Assembly: GCA_007693325.1 (NCBI GenBank)
Contig: REDW01000061.1
Span: 21,564-85,563, forward strand
DNA length: 64,000 nucleotides
Direction: 5' to 3'
DNA from: Spirochaetaceae bacterium
GTDB taxonomy: Bacteria > Spirochaetota > Spirochaetia > DSM-27196 > PWMO01
The notes beneath the pieces are model-generated. The model worked only from the letters and a program-made list of their open reading frames with translations, had not been told where the DNA came from and searched no databases. This document shows positions 59,550 through 64,000 of this stretch, in pieces. The position numbers and the translations under genes were made by a program. Within the stretch, counting starts at the first letter, position 1; each line of letters begins with the position of its first letter.

Positions 59550-61133
59550 ATGCCGGAAGCACTAAGGAACGTAGCCCCGTTTCTGCCGTACATGATCCCA
59601 CCGCTGATCGGGGCCGCCATCGGATATATCACCAACTACATCGCGATTAGAATGCTCTTTCGACCGCTGCTGGAAAAGCGGGTGTTCGGTGTGCGCGTTC
59701 CGTTTACGCCGGGCATCATACCGCGGCGTCGCGGTGAGCTGGCCGAGAGTATCGGCCGCATGGTTTCGACACAGCTGCTGACCGAGGACGCGGTACGCAC
59801 GCACACCGGCACACCGCGGTTCCGTAGCGCAATCCACGATTCGATCCGCAACTTCACAACCGACCTGTTGACCGCGGTTCCCTCGGAGCATTCGCGTGAC
59901 GTGGTGCATCGAGTGGTGCGCGGTTCGGAGCATTTGATCAACTCGGTGGTAGAGAAGATGCTGCACTCGGATGTGTTTGTGAGCGGAGTGGGTGAAGTGG
60001 CGCATCGGACTGTGCTCAGCGTTGCCGCTGTGCCGCTCGGTGAGCTTTTTCCCGCTGAGCGCGCATCAGCGAGTGTCCTGATCGGGAACCTCTACGATTC
60101 ACTGACCGACGGGAAACTGCGGCAGAAGGTGCTGGCGGTTGCCGATGAATGGGTTGCACGACAGCTGCAGGCCAATACACCAATGAGCGATTTCATCTCG
60201 GACGACACAGTCAGCCGGGTACGCGAAGTGATGGCCGGCATATTTGATCCCACCTTTGAGCACTTGATCCTCTGGCTGCGCAAACCCGATGTGCGCCACG
60301 AGATGGCGCGTCACGGAAGGGTCATTCTGCGTGACATACTCGACAAGCTGAGCGTGGTGCAGCGCTTTCTGGTTAGTGCAGCGCAATACGACCGTCAGCT
60401 CGAAGAGCGTATGCCGCAGATAATCGACGACCTGATCCGCACGCTCGAGACAGCCGGCAGAGATCAGGCCAATCGTGACCGAGTCATTGCCGCGGTGGTC
60501 GACGCGGTGGAAAAAATTCGCAGCCAGGGTATTGCAGATGCTGCGTGGCGCGGAGACCTGGACATCCAGCTGCGTGCGCGGCAACTGATTGAGGAAGTGC
60601 TGCGCGTCATGTCCAGACAGAGTGTGCGAGAGCGGATTCTCTCGGCGCTTGACGGCGCCGGCAGCGGGTTGTCCCAGGCCTCGCTGGGCCAGCTGGCAGA
60701 GGACTACTTCGACGTCTCGCGCGAGACAATGGCCGAGACCGTACAGAAGATGGTGACTCGCCAGATCTCAACGCCGGCGTCGATCGAGGCTATCAGCGCC
60801 GCGGTCAACGGGATTATGCAACGCTACTTCCAGCGGCTGGAGCACGAGCCTCTCGGCGATGTTATTGAACTGACGGCTCAGCGCAAGCAACAGCTCGATT
60901 CGCTGCTGTCCGATGGCGTCTACCGCATTGTAGATCGCAGATTGCCGGAAATCGTGCAGACGCTCGATGTACGCAGCCTGGTGGTGGACAAAGTCAACAG
61001 TCTCGACGTTGCTCAGGTGGAGCAGTTACTGCTGATGGTGATCGCGCGCCATCTGAAGTACATCAACCTGTTTGGCGCGCTTCTGGGCGCACTGATCGGC
61101 GCTTCGCAGATATACGTGGCGCGCCTGTTCTGA
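59550..61133 (+). CDS. DUF445-family membrane-associated protein
   Basis: N-terminal IGAAIGYITNYIAIRMLFRPL....F......TPGIIPRRR.ELA..IG is typical of the DUF445 (YheB-like) family. C-terminal TM helix. Confidence 0.7.
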   Translation: MPEALRNVAPFLPYMIPPLIGAAIGYITNYIAIRMLFRPLLEKRVFGVRVPFTPGIIPRRRGELAESIGRMVSTQLLTEDAVRTHTGTPRFRSAIHDSIRNFTTDLLTAVPSEHSRDVVHRVVRGSEHLINSVVEKMLHSDVFVSGVGEVAHRTVLSVAAVPLGELFPAERASASVLIGNLYDSLTDGKLRQKVLAVADEWVARQLQANTPMSDFISDDTVSRVREVMAGIFDPTFEHLILWLRKPDVRHEMARHGRVILRDILDKLSVVQRFLVSAAQYDRQLEERMPQIIDDLIRTLETAGRDQANRDRVIAAVVDAVEKIRSQGIADAAWRGDLDIQLRARQLIEEVLRVMSRQSVRERILSALDGAGSGLSQASLGQLAEDYFDVSRETMAETVQKMVTRQISTPASIEAISAAVNGIMQRYFQRLEHEPLGDVIELTAQRKQQLDSLLSDGVYRIVDRRLPEIVQTLDVRSLVVDKVNSLDVAQVEQLLLMVIARHLKYINLFGALLGALIGASQIYVARLF

Positions 61134-61167
61134 CGCCCTTTGGGCGCGGTTGGCTGGGGCGCGGCGC

Positions 61168-61968
61168 TCAGAGCTCGAACTCCTGACGCACTCGACCGCT
61201 GAACCAGCGGTAGATAGCGTCTATGCGGTTGGAGAAGCTCGTCTGTACCCGATCCTGCATGCCGAACAGCCCGATCAGCCGCACTCCGCAGGTACCGTAG
61301 AACAACAAGCCCTCGTCGGCAGGAATTACCGACAGGTGAATCTCGAGGTTTTCCTGGCCCACCAGCGGCAGAATTCCGTACGACATGCGTGTCAGGTTGA
61401 CCATGGTCAGCCCCAGTTGCCCGGACTGGTAGCGGTAGTCGAGTGCGTATGTATTACGGCCAAAACTCGAGTCGTGCTGGAACGCAAAGACTCGATCGAA
61501 GTGCGGTACTTCATTAACCACTGGATCGGCGATCCGCTGACGCGAGCGGGGATCATCGATGACGTACGATTCGCGATAGAAGGTGCGCATTTGCTCGCGG
61601 CTGGCGGAGTAGTATTCGATTCCTTCCATGGTTGAAACCGAGCGCAGGACATTATTGAGGCGCAACGCGAAATCCGGTTGTTGCAGCAGGTCTGGCGGCA
61701 GCGGTAACAGATAGAGCGCTTCGACGCCGATTCTCGGCGAAAGCTCAGCCAGACTTTGCCTGATCCGATCAGCGTGCACGCTGATCGGCATCAAGGAGAT
61801 CTCGGCCGGATCATCGTAGAAACGGGTTATGCGCTCACCGGATGCCAGCGCGGCGCGTTGCTGCAGCGGTAGCGTCGGCAGCAGTTCTGCGGTTGAACCC
61901 GCTGAGAGCGCCGAAAGCGAAACCAGTGTTGCAGAGGCAAATAGCGTTGAAAGCAGCAGACGTCTCAT
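61168..61968 (-). CDS. secreted hypothetical protein
   Basis: Signal-peptide-like N-terminus MRRLLLSTLFASATLVSLSALSAGS. No motif recognised. Confidence 0.6.
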   Translation of the reverse strand: MRRLLLSTLFASATLVSLSALSAGSTAELLPTLPLQQRAALASGERITRFYDDPAEISLMPISVHADRIRQSLAELSPRIGVEALYLLPLPPDLLQQPDFALRLNNVLRSVSTMEGIEYYSASREQMRTFYRESYVIDDPRSRQRIADPVVNEVPHFDRVFAFQHDSSFGRNTYALDYRYQSGQLGLTMVNLTRMSYGILPLVGQENLEIHLSVIPADEGLLFYGTCGVRLIGLFGMQDRVQTSFSNRIDAIYRWFSGRVRQEFEL

Positions 61969-62014
61969 GATAGCATCGAATATACATCACGCGCGACGGC
62001 TTTTACAGGGTACC

Positions 62015-63097
62015 ATGGAGAAACGGATTGTTTTCACCGGAGGCGGAACCGCCGGCCACGTGCTGCCCGCGCGTGCTGTCATCGAGCGCCTGGCAGAATT
62101 GCCCGCTGCAATTGAGACGGAGTGGATCGGATCACGGCGCGGCATAGAGCGGAGCATGGTGGAATCCTGGGGGATCGGCTACCGGTGGGTACCCAGCGGA
62201 AAGCTGCGCCGCTATTTTTCGCTGCGCAATTTCCTGGATCTGTTCTCGATTGGTCTGGGCATTGTGGCGTCGCTTGCAGTGCTGATGCGCCGCAGGCCCC
62301 ATCTGCTGTTCTCCAAAGGTGGTTACGTCTCGGTTCCGCCGGTTATCGCAGCGTGGCTGCTGCGCATCCCGGTGATAACCCACGATTCAGACCTTCTTCC
62401 GGGTCTGGCAACGCGGATAAACGCGCGCTTCTCACAACGGATTCTGGTGGCCTACCAATCCAGCGCTGAACGGCTGCACCCGCGCTACGGTGAGCGAGTG
62501 GTTGTCAGCGGCAACCCGGTTCGGGAGGCGATTCTGCGTGCAGACCGCCGGCGCGGTCTGCAGGTGCTCGGTTTTTCCGGCCGTAAGCCGATCGTTCTGT
62601 TTCTGGGCGGCAGCCTGGGATCGGCGCAGATAAACCAACTTGTGCAGCAGCTCTTGCCGAAGCTGCGCTCGCGGTGCGACATTGTACATCAGAGAGGAAG
62701 CCATCAGCCGGTTGAGCCTGACGGCCCCGATTATCGCTCGTTCAGTTTTGTGGCTGAAGAGTACGCCGATCTGCTGGCTGCCGCTGATGTTGTGGTATGT
62801 CGCGCCGGCGCAGGGACCCTGTGGGAAGTGGCTCTCACCGCCAGGCCGGCAATTCTGCTGCCGCTGGGTACCGACGCTTCACGCGGTGACCAGATCGATA
62901 ATGCGCGCTATTTTGCCGATCGAGGCGCTGCAATAGCGGTGTTGGGAAAGGACGCCGTTGAGCAGAGGGTACTGCAGGAGATTGACGCGCTGATCAGCGA
63001 TCCGCAGCGTGCCGGTGCACTTGGCCGCGCGGCTAAGGCGGTCTGCGGTGGTGACCCGGCCGGCACAATTGTCGAGCTGATCACAGCCCTCTGGTAG
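62015..63097 (+). CDS. murG: undecaprenyldiphospho-muramoylpentapeptide beta-N-acetylglucosaminyltransferase
   Basis: IVFTGGGTAGHVLPA...G.RRG.E......GI........KLRRY.S..N... and C-terminal RAGAGT..E motif. Start at ATG 62015; the track ORF opens at 61829. Confidence 0.9.
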   Translation: MEKRIVFTGGGTAGHVLPARAVIERLAELPAAIETEWIGSRRGIERSMVESWGIGYRWVPSGKLRRYFSLRNFLDLFSIGLGIVASLAVLMRRRPHLLFSKGGYVSVPPVIAAWLLRIPVITHDSDLLPGLATRINARFSQRILVAYQSSAERLHPRYGERVVVSGNPVREAILRADRRRGLQVLGFSGRKPIVLFLGGSLGSAQINQLVQQLLPKLRSRCDIVHQRGSHQPVEPDGPDYRSFSFVAEEYADLLAAADVVVCRAGAGTLWEVALTARPAILLPLGTDASRGDQIDNARYFADRGAAIAVLGKDAVEQRVLQEIDALISDPQRAGALGRAAKAVCGGDPAGTIVELITALW

Positions 63098-63105
63098 GAG
63101 AATAC

Positions 63106-63594
63106 GTGGATTTTGCTGCGATTGACATCGTGTTTACCATCGTTCTCATCTTCACTACCCTGCGCGCGTCGCTGCGCGGCTTCGTTCAGGAGGTGCTTGC
63201 AGCCGCTTCGGTCATTCTGGGCATAAGCGCAGCGGTGCTGTTTTCCGGACTGGTTGCCGAGCTGATGGAGCAGGCGTTCAGACCCTCGATCTGGAGCCAG
63301 GTAGCCGCCTTTCTGGCTATCTTCATGCTGGTCTACCTGGTTGTGAAGCTCTTTGAGCGCGCCTTGCGTAATCTGATAGAGCGCATCCATCTGGAAAGCC
63401 TTGACCACGCGCTGGGACTCTTTCTGGGTCTGATTGAAGGTATCCTGATCGCGTTCGTGGCCATACTGATAATTCAGGTGCAACCGCTGGTCTCGCCGCA
63501 CCGCCTGCTGGAAGGCAGCGTGTTTGCGCGGTTTCTTGTTCCGCTGTTCCCCTACGCGTCGCAGTTTCTCGGCCGAAGGATAGCGCATGTTTGA
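63106..63594 (+). CDS. cvpA: CvpA-family membrane protein
   Basis: D.V....L.....R...RGF..E.....S...G pattern with four hydrophobic helices, about 160 aa. GTG start. Confidence 0.75.
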   Translation: MDFAAIDIVFTIVLIFTTLRASLRGFVQEVLAAASVILGISAAVLFSGLVAELMEQAFRPSIWSQVAAFLAIFMLVYLVVKLFERALRNLIERIHLESLDHALGLFLGLIEGILIAFVAILIIQVQPLVSPHRLLEGSVFARFLVPLFPYASQFLGRRIAHV

Positions 63595-64000
63595 GAACAT
63601 CATCGGTCAGGAGCGTGCCATAGACCAGTTACGGCAACAGGTGAGCCAGCAGCAGTTGCCACCGGCTATTCTGTTGCACGGACCGCAGTACAGCGGCAAA
63701 CTCAGTAGTGCACTCGAACTGGCACGTGTACTGAGTTGCAAGGCTGGAGAGGGGGCGTGGAGCTGCGGCTGCGCGGCGTGCGTGCAACATCGGACCCTCG
63801 ATCATCCGCTGACGCTCATGACCGGCAGCCGCTACTTTGTTCAGGATATCGCGGCGTGTGCCGAAGCGCTCAAGAAGGCGCCGATGCGCGCCACCGTCTA
63901 TCTATTTCTGCGTTCGGTGCAGAAGCTGTTACGGCGCTTTGACCCGGTACTATGGCAGGGCGAGGAGAATCGGCTGACAAAGAGCATGACCCAGCTCGAA
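63587..64000 (+). CDS. holB: DNA polymerase III delta' (HolB)-like clamp-loader subunit, partial (runs off right edge)
   Basis: Hand translation MFENIIGQERAIDQLRQQVSQQQLPPAILLHGPQYSGKLSSALELARVLSCKAGEGAWSCGCAACVQHRTLDHPLTLM... shows a degenerate P-loop plus a Cys cluster typical of delta'. No stop before base 64000. Not in the track. Confidence 0.6.
   Translation, partial: MFENIIGQERAIDQLRQQVSQQQLPPAILLHGPQYSGKLSSALELARVLSCKAGEGAWSCGCAACVQHRTLDHPLTLMTGSRYFVQDIAACAEALKKAPMRATVYLFLRSVQKLLRRFDPVLWQGEENRLTKSMTQLE

Overview
GC-rich bacterial chromosomal window, almost fully coding. I found no CRISPR array, transposase, integrase, prophage or recognisable defence genes.

Left third (1-22.8 kb), carbohydrate and central-metabolism genes:
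- folB, a small basic ORF, and dcd.
- A translationally coupled glk / UDPGP-family / hisI operon.
- A divergent DHH / PHP / SrlD-like SDR / HAD operon.
- A DeoR-led 2-oxoacid dehydrogenase operon (E2-E3-fused E1 alpha-beta).
- fucI-fucU with a LacI-family regulator.
- pgl, a PAS protein with a degenerate histidine-kinase core, and flavodoxin.

Centre (22.8-49.8 kb), the translation/transcription core in one orientation:
- tRNA-Thr, rpmG, tRNA-Trp, secE, nusG, rplKAJL, rpoBC, rpsLG, tuf.
- The S10, spc and alpha operons through rplQ.
- The order lacks fusA, adk, map, infA and rpsD. I know that pattern from Spirochaetota (inference only).

Right part (49.9-64 kb):
- A 1181-aa two-TM protein with a roughly 430-residue poly-acidic repeat.
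- rnhA, comM, htrA, uvrB, an SH3 lipoprotein, a DUF445 protein, a secreted hypothetical, murG, cvpA and a partial holB.

Two edge-truncated genes (1..831 minus, 63587..64000 plus) and several genes under 60 aa (rpmG, secE, rpmD, rpmJ, one unknown) are absent from or mis-started in the ORF track. I read these by hand.

I cannot defend any confirmed new system. The best candidates for follow-up are the acidic membrane protein, the DHH-PHP-SDR-HAD operon, the pseudo-kinase, the small basic ORF and the structured 426-nt rpsG-tuf spacer. All promoter, operator and terminator calls come from motif reading only.
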